Below, in pieces: positions 15,646 to 24,000 of a stretch of DNA of 24,000 bases (position 1 is its first letter; each line of letters opens with the position of its first letter). The notes beneath the pieces were generated by a model that did not search any database, was not told where the DNA came from, and was given only the letters and a program-made list of their open reading frames with translations. The stretch covers positions 2,095,596 to 2,119,595 of the forward strand of contig NZ_CP102275.1 in NCBI RefSeq assembly GCF_025149465.1. Reading direction: 5' to 3'. This DNA comes from Thomasclavelia spiroformis DSM 1552. Lineage in GTDB: Bacteria; Bacillota_I; Bacilli_A; Erysipelotrichales; Coprobacillaceae. Position numbers and translations under genes: made by a program.

Positions 15646-18600
15646 TTAATCATTTTCTTTTTTTCTAAGAACTTTAGCTCCTGCAATACTTAATAATGCT
15701 AATCCTGCTAATGTTCCTACTAGTGCATCATCACCTGTTTTTACACTTACTGTACTATCACCATTACTTACTGGTGTTTTTGCAGTATTGTCTACTGGTG
15801 CTGTCGTATTTGCTTCTAAGCTATTGATTGCTTTTTCTAATACATCTTTTGCACTATTTACTTCTTCTTGAGTTGCATTTGGATTTTCAAATGTTGCTTT
15901 AGCTGCTGCTAAGGCACTTTCTACTACAGCATATGATGCTTTTGTATAGTTTGCACTATCTAATCCTTCTGCTTTATTGATTAATTCTTCTAATAAGCTC
16001 TTATCTGGAATTAATCTTAAATTCAAGAATGCTGTTACTAATTCACTGTATGCTGTGTTTACTTCTTCTTGCATTGCATTTTCATCGTTATATACAGCAA
16101 TTGCTTCATTTAATTCTGCTTCAAATGCTGTCCATGTATCTGTTGAGTATTTAGTTGAATCTAATCCACTAACTTTATCAATGAATGCTTTTAATGCTGT
16201 TTTATCTCCTTTGTAGAATTCTAATTTATGCATTGCTTCAGCTAAACGATCAAATGCTGCATTTACTTCTGGTTGCATTGCATTTTCATCTGCATATACT
16301 TCTTTAGCTTCTTGTAATGCTGCATTGAATTCTTCTACTACAACTGGGATTACATTATCTAAATTAGCTTGATCAGCTAAGTCAATTGCAATCTTTAATG
16401 CTGTTTTATCTCCTTTGTAGAATTCTAATTTTTGCATTACTGATGATAAACGATCAAATGCATTATCTACTTCTTTTTGTGTTGCATTTGCTTCATTATA
16501 TACTGCATTTGCTTCATCCCTAGCTGCTTTGAATTCTTCTACAACTACAGGAATTACATTTTCTAATTGTTCATCAGTTACAGCATTTGCTTTATCTACT
16601 GCCATTTTTAATAATGTTTTATCAGCAGTTGCCATGAAATTAAAGTAATCAACATTTGCTACATATGCTTGATCTACATCAACTGGATCATTTCCTACAA
16701 ATGTAAAATATAAATCATGTAATCCAATAAATTGATTACGAACAGCTTCAGGAATTTCTACTGTTGTTGTAACATAGTTACCCCATCCGCCAGTTTTAGT
16801 AGTACCTACTGTAAATAATGGATCACCATCACGTGAATCTACACGTACTTCGATTTCACCTTTTTCACATCCATCACTATTTTGTACTGAATATCTAACT
16901 TCAAGTTTATCTGGAGCTGTATTAAATTCTACATCACGGTATCCTACCCATGTATCTTTTTTAACACCACCAATATTTGTACCATCATTTACGATGCTAC
17001 TATGACTTGTATCAAAGCTTTCTGCTTCAATTTTTTCTAAACCATCTCTAACGTTTTCAACACGTTTAATGATATCACGTAATGCATTGTATTGTGCTAC
17101 GATTTCATCTTGAGTCGCATCTGGATTATCAACCACTGCTTGAGCAGCTGCAATACCATCATTTAAGATTTGTTTTACTGTATCACTCATTTGAGATTGA
17201 TCAATTTCTTTAGCACTTGCAATTACTTTGCTCAATAAATCTTTTGTAATACCTGAATAATCATCTGCATCTCCAAGTAATTCAACTTCTGATAAAGTTG
17301 TTCCACCTTTTAATGCTAATTTATAATATTGATATGCTGATGGAGCATCTACACCGAATGGTCTAGTATATCTTCCCCATTCGAATTCGACATTATCTCT
17401 ATTTGCAATTTCTGTCCATTCACTTCCATCATTTGATCCATATAATACAAATGAGCTAGGAGCGGCAGCTTGTTGATCTTTTGTTGATGTTAAAGTCATC
17501 ATATTTACAGTTACAGGTCTATTAAAGCTATAATATAATTCTGTATCTTCTGTAAATGTTGCAGCATTATTTGAATTGTTATCAAATAAATTAGTAATAT
17601 CGCTAACATCTTTTCCAGAAACAGTATCTTTATTAACATACATAGCAAATTCATCTGTAACATCTAAGCTTGAAACAGTTAAATCTTCATCTGGATTTGG
17701 AACTTCGCTTCCAGTTGTAATTGAAGTACCATCTCCTTCAACACCCCATTGTTTATTTGGAGTAGATCCCATATTGAAAACAATTTCTCCACCATCAGTT
17801 AATGTTTTTGCAGAAATGAAGCTTGAATTATGAGCTTCTCCATTAACAGTCATTGATTGAACATAAACATTTTCATCACTATTGTTATTAGCTTTGATTG
17901 TTAATGTTTTACCATTTTCTAAATGAATAGTTGCTTCATCATATAACGGAGAGCCAATAGCATATTCACCACTACCCATATTTACTGGGAAGAATCCAAG
18001 TGATGATAAAACTTGCCATCCACTCATTTCACCATTATCTTCATCACCTAAGTACCCTTGTCCAAAATCAGCACCTACATAACATCTATGTAATACATCA
18101 CGAACTAATGCTTGTGTTTTCCAAGGTTGTTTAGCGTAATTGTACATGTAAATAATACCATGTGAAGGTTGGTTACTATGACCATATTGTCCTAACTTAA
18201 CTTCACGTGCTTCTCTTTGTTCATGAATACCACCTACACCATCAGTTGCATTATATCCATTATAAGTACCTTTTGTTGTAAAGATTGTATCCATTCTTGC
18301 TGCTAATGCTTCAGTTCCACCATATAAGTTAGCAAGACCAATTCCATCTTGTGGTACTGTTACAGTCATGTTATATGCATCTGTTTCAGTGTAATCTCCT
18401 CCCCAGAATGTTGGATCAAAACTATCTCCACTAGTAAATTCACCATTAGCATTTTTACCTTTAAACCATTTTTCAGTTGGATCATCAGATGAACCATCAA
18501 ATAAATTTACATAGTTTAAAGCTCTGTTACGATAATATTCTACTTCGTCTAAATATGTTTGTGCAGCTTCTTCGTCACCTGCAGCTAAAGCTTCATCAGC

Positions 18601-21225
18601 TAATCTTTGAGCCATTTGTGAAATACCATAGTCATTGATATAGCCTTCCATTGACCATGAGAAACCTTCACCTGTTGAATTAGTTGTGTATCCTCTGAAA
18701 ATAGATGTAGTTAATTCAGCTCTACCACCTAAAGTCAAGTTTTCAACATTTGCAACTGATGCGTTCTTTAAAGCTGATTTATAAGCATTTTCAATTTCAA
18801 AGTCTGCACCTTTTGCTGCTGCATCACCAAAAATTACATCTGAACTTGTTCCTACCATTGAGTTTGTTCCACCTGGAGCAACCCATCTAGGAACCCATTC
18901 ACCATCATTGTAATGTTCAACTAAACCGTTTAACATTTCTTCATATTTTTCTGGAGTCAATAATGAATAAGCAGCCCAAGTAGTATGATAAGTATCCCAG
19001 AAACCGTTATTATAATATAATTCGCCTTCTTTTACTTCATCACTTACTGTACTCTTATATTCCCAAACTGGTTCTTCATTAGTTCCAGTATTTTCTGATA
19101 ATAAGTTTGGATAACAGAATAATCTATATAAGTTAGAATATAGAGTTACTTTTTGTTCATGAGTAGCTCCTTTAACTGTAATAACATCTAACTTGTCATT
19201 CCATTCTTCTCTACTATCATTATAAACTTCATCAAAGTCTTTTTCTTGAAGTTCTAAATCAAAGTTCTTTTTAGCTTGTTCAGGACTAATGAAAGATGTA
19301 GCAACTTTCATTTCAACTGTTTGAGCATCACCAAAGTTAATAATAGCAGAATTTTCTGAACTATTTCCATAACGAGAATCTGTCCATTCTGTATCAAATT
19401 CCCCATATATGTACATAGTTTTCATACCATTACTATTATTGTTTGTATAAGCTGTAAATGATTTATGATCATCATTTAAAGTAACTTTTTTATTGCTTCC
19501 ACGAACTGAATCTAAAATTACGTTATGATAAGTCGCAGTATCATCAAATGTAAATTTAGTTGCAGATCCATGCAATGTTGGTGATAATTCTAATTTTGAT
19601 CCAGCTGCATTTCCTTCTGTAAATTCAACTGAATAGTAATGAGCTTTTGCAGTTTCATTTTCATGTGAGAATTTTGCAGCTCTTTCATTTGCTCCAATTG
19701 AAGAATCACCATTTGGATCAATACTTGTATTTACCATGTATTCCCAGTTTCCACGGTCACCAACCCAGTAACTTGGTTCATGGCTTACACTAATATGTTT
19801 AAGAGTTCCTGTGTTACCATTTTGTTGATATGTATATAACTTGTTATCACCACTATTAGTTACTGGTGCCCAGAAGTTAAATCCATGTGGTACTGTAACT
19901 AAAGGTGCAGTTAATCCACGTGAGAAGTTTGGTGAGTCATTAGTTCCACGTAAGATATTTACATATTCAGCTAAGTTGTTGTCATCATATTCTTCTAAAG
20001 CTTCTTCATAGATTTTTACATTATCTAAATAATTTCTAAAATCTACATCTTCTTCAGCTTTATTGTCTTTGTTGTCATAAGCAACTAATACTTCAGTAAT
20101 TACTTTACCTCTCAAGCTTGGATATTCTCCTAAACGAGCAGTAATTTTATTCCATTGATTAGTTGTTAATGTACGAGAATCCCCTTGACCTTGTGGTGTT
20201 AATAAATTACCATTAGTATCTTCGATTCCCATATCACTCAAATATGTTCCATCACTAAATTTTAAATCAACTGCCATATTCATTTGTGTCCAGTTATAAT
20301 CATATTCTCCATTAATTAAACCTGGGAAAATCAAATAACTTAAAGCAGTATTTTCAGTAATTGTAATATTTAAGTCTTTGTACAAAGTATTCCATGAATG
20401 AGCAGCTCCTGTTCCTAGATGTTTACCTGATACTTCTAGAGCAAAGCCATCATCCCATCCTACATTTGTACTTTGGTTCCATGCTTCAGTTGGACCAGTT
20501 GAAATTTTAGTGACCATAGTTGGTTCTACAACTTCTTCTTTTTCTTCACCTGTTCCTAAAAGCAAATCAGCAAATTGTGTTAACTGATTATTTCCTTGGT
20601 TTGCAGTAACTTCAATTTTGTAATATTGATATGCAGTTGGTGTTGCAATTGCATATTCTTTCTTTTCAAATCTTGTTGAAAATGCTTGATCACTTTGTTG
20701 ATCGATTACAACCCATTCATTTCCATCTGTAGATCCGTAGAATGTCCAATTTTTTGGATCACGTTCTGGAGAATCGTTTGCTGATACCATCGCATAGCGA
20801 TCTAAAGTTTTTGCTTCTTCAAAAGCAAACTCTACATGAACTGGGTTATCTTCTGATGGAACATTATCATTAGTTAAGAATTTTGATCCAGAATCCCCAT
20901 CGAATAGTTTAACTTTTCTTTCAGCATCATTGAAGTCGCTGCTTCCAGTAACGGTACTTAGATCAACTTCTCTAGTAACATCACCTTTGATCAAATCAGC
21001 AGGAACAAACCCCTCAATGTTTTCACTACCTTTAGTTTTGTCAACTGTATTTTCTAAAAATCCTTCTTCACCATTGAAAGAAGTTTCCCACAAAATAATA
21101 TCTTCTGTGAGCTGATTTCTAGTATCAGTTGCAAGAACATTGATTGGGCAAGAACTAATAATAGTAGTTGCACTAATCAATCCAGTAGCAAAATACGAAA
21201 ATAGTTTTTTCTTTCTTGCTTTCAT
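15646..21225 (-). CDS. very large secreted cell-wall-associated GH92-family glycosidase with N-terminal discoidin-like domain, further CBM-like domains (including an IEAESFD... CBM6-like module) and at least four FIVAR repeats
   Basis: Signal peptide MKARKKKLFSYFATGLISATTIISSCPINVLA; GH92 blocks GTNDSPNFSRGLTAPLVTVPHGFNFWAPVT, VGTSSDVIFGDAAAKG, YTETDAYNMTVTVPQD, GDEDNGEMSGWQVLSSLGFFPVNMGSGEYAIGSP; FIVAR-like repeats; C-terminus VKTGDDALVGTLAGLALLSIAGAKVLRKKEND. Confidence 0.9.
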   Translation of the reverse strand: MKARKKKLFSYFATGLISATTIISSCPINVLATDTRNQLTEDIILWETSFNGEEGFLENTVDKTKGSENIEGFVPADLIKGDVTREVDLSTVTGSSDFNDAERKVKLFDGDSGSKFLTNDNVPSEDNPVHVEFAFEEAKTLDRYAMVSANDSPERDPKNWTFYGSTDGNEWVVIDQQSDQAFSTRFEKKEYAIATPTAYQYYKIEVTANQGNNQLTQFADLLLGTGEEKEEVVEPTMVTKISTGPTEAWNQSTNVGWDDGFALEVSGKHLGTGAAHSWNTLYKDLNITITENTALSYLIFPGLINGEYDYNWTQMNMAVDLKFSDGTYLSDMGIEDTNGNLLTPQGQGDSRTLTTNQWNKITARLGEYPSLRGKVITEVLVAYDNKDNKAEEDVDFRNYLDNVKIYEEALEEYDDNNLAEYVNILRGTNDSPNFSRGLTAPLVTVPHGFNFWAPVTNSGDNKLYTYQQNGNTGTLKHISVSHEPSYWVGDRGNWEYMVNTSIDPNGDSSIGANERAAKFSHENETAKAHYYSVEFTEGNAAGSKLELSPTLHGSATKFTFDDTATYHNVILDSVRGSNKKVTLNDDHKSFTAYTNNNSNGMKTMYIYGEFDTEWTDSRYGNSSENSAIINFGDAQTVEMKVATSFISPEQAKKNFDLELQEKDFDEVYNDSREEWNDKLDVITVKGATHEQKVTLYSNLYRLFCYPNLLSENTGTNEEPVWEYKSTVSDEVKEGELYYNNGFWDTYHTTWAAYSLLTPEKYEEMLNGLVEHYNDGEWVPRWVAPGGTNSMVGTSSDVIFGDAAAKGADFEIENAYKSALKNASVANVENLTLGGRAELTTSIFRGYTTNSTGEGFSWSMEGYINDYGISQMAQRLADEALAAGDEEAAQTYLDEVEYYRNRALNYVNLFDGSSDDPTEKWFKGKNANGEFTSGDSFDPTFWGGDYTETDAYNMTVTVPQDGIGLANLYGGTEALAARMDTIFTTKGTYNGYNATDGVGGIHEQREAREVKLGQYGHSNQPSHGIIYMYNYAKQPWKTQALVRDVLHRCYVGADFGQGYLGDEDNGEMSGWQVLSSLGFFPVNMGSGEYAIGSPLYDEATIHLENGKTLTIKANNNSDENVYVQSMTVNGEAHNSSFISAKTLTDGGEIVFNMGSTPNKQWGVEGDGTSITTGSEVPNPDEDLTVSSLDVTDEFAMYVNKDTVSGKDVSDITNLFDNNSNNAATFTEDTELYYSFNRPVTVNMMTLTSTKDQQAAAPSSFVLYGSNDGSEWTEIANRDNVEFEWGRYTRPFGVDAPSAYQYYKLALKGGTTLSEVELLGDADDYSGITKDLLSKVIASAKEIDQSQMSDTVKQILNDGIAAAQAVVDNPDATQDEIVAQYNALRDIIKRVENVRDGLEKIEAESFDTSHSSIVNDGTNIGGVKKDTWVGYRDVEFNTAPDKLEVRYSVQNSDGCEKGEIEVRVDSRDGDPLFTVGTTKTGGWGNYVTTTVEIPEAVRNQFIGLHDLYFTFVGNDPVDVDQAYVANVDYFNFMATADKTLLKMAVDKANAVTDEQLENVIPVVVEEFKAARDEANAVYNEANATQKEVDNAFDRLSSVMQKLEFYKGDKTALKIAIDLADQANLDNVIPVVVEEFNAALQEAKEVYADENAMQPEVNAAFDRLAEAMHKLEFYKGDKTALKAFIDKVSGLDSTKYSTDTWTAFEAELNEAIAVYNDENAMQEEVNTAYSELVTAFLNLRLIPDKSLLEELINKAEGLDSANYTKASYAVVESALAAAKATFENPNATQEEVNSAKDVLEKAINSLEANTTAPVDNTAKTPVSNGDSTVSVKTGDDALVGTLAGLALLSIAGAKVLRKKEND
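15981..16080 (-). repeat. FIVAR-coding segment near-identical to 3015-3114
   Basis: See 3015-3114. Confidence 0.85.
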
Positions 21226-21262
21226 TTTCTTTTTCTTTCTCCTCCTTATAATTTTATATCTT

Positions 21263-21290
21263 AATTATATCATTCGTTTTATTTATTTTA
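21263..21290 (-). promoter_or_regulatory. putative promoter of the 1859-aa GH92 gene (TTAAAA-N16-TATAAT)
   Basis: -10 TATAAT (21263-21268), weak -35 TTAAAA (21285-21290), located 8 bp from the palindrome at 21299-21320. Confidence 0.5.
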
Positions 21291-21298
21291 AGTTATAA

Positions 21299-21320
21299 TA
21301 TTTGTAATTTTTTTTACAAA
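21299..21320. promoter_or_regulatory. operator-like palindrome ATTTGTAA-N6-TTACAAAA
   Basis: Perfect 7-bp core arms TTTGTAA (21300-21306)/TTACAAA (21313-21319), same geometry as at 10860. Confidence 0.6.
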
Positions 21321-21375
21321 ATTTATAACCGCTTACCATATTTGTACGTTTTTCTTCTATATAAGTAACAAAATT

Positions 21376-21409
21376 AAAAAGTCTTTCTAACTCTTTATCT
21401 AGAAAGACT
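21376..21409 (-). terminator. intrinsic terminator downstream of the MATE gene
   Basis: AGTCTTTCTA (21380-21389)/TAGAAAGACT (21400-21409) with TTTTT following on the minus strand. Confidence 0.8.
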
Positions 21410-21436
21410 CAAAATCTTAACACAAACTAAACAAAA

Positions 21437-22771
21437 CTAAGCTTTCATCATCCAATTAGATTTTAAATAATACATTAAAAAAACAATTGAACTTAAGGTC
21501 CATGTTAATGGATATGCCCAAAATACTACTTCAATTTTAGGGACAAAAGATACAACAATAGAAATATACGTAACTCGAATTATACACCAACAAACAAGCA
21601 TAACTAACATTGGAACAATTGATTTACCTGCCCCTCTTAATATCCCAGCAATACAATGAGAAAATGCTAACAAAAAATAAAATAATGTTACTGTTCTTGC
21701 CTGTGCACTACCAAATTCAATAACCGCTTTTGTTCCATCAAACATTGCAATCAATTGTGGAATATATATGTAAATTACAATTCCTACTAACTCTGCTAAA
21801 ATCAAAGAACAAATTATTCCAAATCTAGATCCTTTTTTTACTCGATCATATTTCTTTGCTCCTAAATTTTGACTAATAAATGTTGTTAGCGCCATCGCAA
21901 AACATGTTATCGGTAAAAAACCAAATCCTTCAATTTTTGAATACGATCCACATCCTGCTACTGCCATTTTTCCAAAACTATTAATATGACTTTGAACTAC
22001 AACATTTGCAAGTGCAATAATAGAATTTTGAACTCCAGTTGGTAAACCATTAGAAATAACTTGTTTTAATAAATAACGATTAAAACGAATATCTTTAATA
22101 ACCAAACGATATTCTTTAGGTGCTTTTGTTAAATGTACAATACATAAAATTGCACTAATAATTTGTGAGATAATTGTTGCTAAAGCAGCAGAACCAACCC
22201 CCATATTAAATCCAGAAATAAAAACAAGATCCAAAACAACGTTAATAATTGATGAAATAATTAAATAATATAATGGATGTTTACTATCCCCTACAGCCTG
22301 TAAAATACCAGTTAAAAAATTATATAAGACAAATGCAATCGATCCCATAAAATAAACTCTAAAATAAATAATTGAATTCGGTAATACATCTTTAGGTGTT
22401 GCCATTAATTCAAGTATTTTAGGTGCTAAAATAACACCACACAAAGTTAAAAAAATTCCTGAAACAATTCCCAAAGCAATAGTAGTATGAATCGCTAAAT
22501 GAACTCTTTTATAATCCTTTGCCCCAAAATAACGGGCAATAACTACACCTGCCCCTACAGCAATCCCATTAAAAAAACCGACTAATAAAAAAATCAAATT
22601 TCCTGAAGAACTTACCGCTGCTAAAGCACTACTTCCTAAATAATTTCCCACAATCAGTGAGTCAGCAGTATTATATAACTGTTGAAATAAATTACCTAAA
22701 AATAACGGTATTGCAAAAGCAATTATCGTTTTAGCAATTGAACCTTCACACATTGAAGTCCCCTGTTTCAT
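21437..22771 (-). CDS. MATE family multidrug/Na+ antiporter
   Basis: MCEGSIAKTIIAFAIPLFLGNLFQQLYNTADSLIVGNYLGSSALAAVSSSGNLIFLLVGFFNGIAVGAGVVIARYFGA is typical of bacterial MATE proteins; GGGGG RBS. Confidence 0.96.
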   Translation of the reverse strand: MKQGTSMCEGSIAKTIIAFAIPLFLGNLFQQLYNTADSLIVGNYLGSSALAAVSSSGNLIFLLVGFFNGIAVGAGVVIARYFGAKDYKRVHLAIHTTIALGIVSGIFLTLCGVILAPKILELMATPKDVLPNSIIYFRVYFMGSIAFVLYNFLTGILQAVGDSKHPLYYLIISSIINVVLDLVFISGFNMGVGSAALATIISQIISAILCIVHLTKAPKEYRLVIKDIRFNRYLLKQVISNGLPTGVQNSIIALANVVVQSHINSFGKMAVAGCGSYSKIEGFGFLPITCFAMALTTFISQNLGAKKYDRVKKGSRFGIICSLILAELVGIVIYIYIPQLIAMFDGTKAVIEFGSAQARTVTLFYFLLAFSHCIAGILRGAGKSIVPMLVMLVCWCIIRVTYISIVVSFVPKIEVVFWAYPLTWTLSSIVFLMYYLKSNWMMKA

Positions 22772-22884
22772 ATCTATCCCCCTTTAAATATAATAAATTC
22801 TATCACATATTTTGCACTTGTAAAATAACAAAATCATTACGATAATTAGTAAATTAATATATTAGCTATTTTTTAATAACTTTA

Positions 22885-22912
22885 TTGACATATAATAACA
22901 AATAGTTATAAT
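22885..22912 (+). promoter_or_regulatory. marR-family gene promoter (TTGACA-N16-TATAAT)
   Basis: Consensus -35 TTGACA (22885-22890) and -10 TATAAT (22907-22912). Confidence 0.85.
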
Positions 22913-22938
22913 TCTAATTATATCAATTATAACTATTT
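22900..22938. promoter_or_regulatory. 14-bp perfect inverted repeat, probable MarR operator
   Basis: AAATAGTTATAATT (22900-22913), 11-nt spacer, AATTATAACTATTT (22925-22938). It overlaps the -10 box and presumed start site. Confidence 0.8.
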
Positions 22939-22951
22939 ATAAGGAGGTATT

Positions 22952-23392
22952 ATGGAAAAATCATTTCACTATTTACTGATGTTGAACTATACATATTTTC
23001 AAAAAAGTATTTTTGAAAAAGTTAAATCATCAGGGTTAACAATGGGACAACCTAAGATACTAGATTATCTTAGCGAACATGACGGTGCAAACCAAAAAGA
23101 AATTGCGAATGCTTGTAATATTGAGCCAGGCTCTTTAACTTCTATTTTAAACAGAATGGAAAATAAAGAACTAATTGAAAGAAAAATGTTAAATAACAAT
23201 CGCAGATCTTATCATATTTATCTAACAGAAAAAGGAAAACAGCTACAAATTCAAGTTGTTCAATCATTTAAGCAATTAGAAAAAATTGCATTTTCAAACT
23301 TTAGCAATGAAGAAAAAATAATTTTCATTAATATGTTTGAAAAAATATATTTAAATATGAAAGAAGGGTATAAAAAAAGTGATAAAAATTAA
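22952..23392 (+). CDS. MarR family transcriptional regulator
   Basis: TMGQPKILDYLSEHDGANQKEIANACNIEPGSLTSILNRMENKELIERKMLNNNRRSYHIYLTEKGKQL; AAGGAGG RBS. Confidence 0.95.
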   Translation: MEKSFHYLLMLNYTYFQKSIFEKVKSSGLTMGQPKILDYLSEHDGANQKEIANACNIEPGSLTSILNRMENKELIERKMLNNNRRSYHIYLTEKGKQLQIQVVQSFKQLEKIAFSNFSNEEKIIFINMFEKIYLNMKEGYKKSDKN

Positions 23393-24000
23393 AAGATATA
23401 TAGTTTTTTTGATCGGACTGTTTATCAGTTCATTAGGGGTAAGTATTATTACAAAAGCTAATTTAGGAACATCCCCAATCTCCTCAATTCCTTATGTACT
23501 AAGTTTGAAATTTTCTCTAACTCTTGGACAATTTACAATTCTTTTTAGTATTTTATTAGTAGCTTTACAATTATTAATTTTAAGAAAAAATTTTAAATTA
23601 GAACATTTATTACAAATTCCTATCTCTTTTTTATTTGGATACTTCATTGACTATACGATGATTTTATTATCAAAAATGTCATTTAATAAAAATTATTTAT
23701 TTTCAATCATATTTCTAATTATCGGTTGTTTAGTATTAGCTATTGGCGTATATTTAGAAGTTATAGCAAACGTTGCCATGCTTCCAGGGGAATCATTTGT
23801 AAGAGCAATAAGCGACACATGGCATAAAAAATTTGGTACTATAAAAGTAATTTTTGATGTCTCAATGACAGTCATTGCTGGAATATTATCATTTGTCTTT
23901 TTTTATCAACTTCAAGGTATTCGTGAAGGAACAATTGTTGCTGCTATATTAGTTGGATTTATCGTTGGAATATTTAATAATTTATTTTCCAAGATCAAAG
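23379..24000 (+). CDS. YczE/YitT-like multi-pass membrane protein (partial, runs off right edge)
   Basis: My translation from the GTG at 23379: (M)IKIKRYIVFLIGLFISSLGVSIITKANLGTSPISSIPYVLSLKFSLTLGQFTILFSILLVALQLLILRKNFKLEHLLQIPISFLFGYFIDY.... Overlaps the marR end by 14 nt. Confidence 0.8.
   Translation, partial: MIKIKRYIVFLIGLFISSLGVSIITKANLGTSPISSIPYVLSLKFSLTLGQFTILFSILLVALQLLILRKNFKLEHLLQIPISFLFGYFIDYTMILLSKMSFNKNYLFSIIFLIIGCLVLAIGVYLEVIANVAMLPGESFVRAISDTWHKKFGTIKVIFDVSMTVIAGILSFVFFYQLQGIREGTIVAAILVGFIVGIFNNLFSKIK

Noticed and set aside
15977-16216. Antisense ORFs within the 1859-aa GH92 gene (15977, 17576, 20930)
   Set aside because: Shadow ORFs inside a confidently translated glycosidase/FIVAR gene.
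1-24000. CRISPR arrays, retron/toxin-antitoxin, RM or phage genes
   Set aside because: No regularly spaced repeats, no reverse transcriptase, nuclease or structural phage genes seen in any frame. All large ORFs have conventional metabolic, transport or IS assignments.

Overview
Ordinary Bacillota-like AT-rich chromosome (possibly Erysipelotrichia; lineage is inference only) carrying what looks like a mannose-glycan foraging locus. It has three secreted GH92-type alpha-mannosidases on the minus strand: one 5' fragment at 1-726, and full genes at 2698-7245 and 15646-21225. Between the two full genes lie a mannose-family PTS (fused IIAB, IIC, IID, DUF956; minus strand) and, on the plus strand, a PRD/EIIB/EIIA regulator followed by a split fructose-family PTS (IIA, IIC, IIB). 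An IS110-family element (tnp 1037-2221) sits between the first GH92 gene and its probable promoter. The right end has a MATE transporter, a divergent MarR regulator and a YczE-like membrane protein running off the window. I found no defence system, CRISPR array, or clearly new multi-gene system. The most interesting signal is a shared 22-bp operator-like palindrome (TTTTGTAA-N6-TTACAAAA and variants). It occurs upstream of all three GH92 genes and the mannose PTS operon, at fixed spacing (8 bp, or 29 bp = 8+21) from a plausible -35 box, which suggests a local activator regulon. Secondary items are the IS110 insertion in the GH92 leader with its candidate bridge RNA, a 14-bp perfect operator over the marR promoter, near-identical FIVAR-coding repeats, and a non-canonical VKTGD wall-anchor motif.
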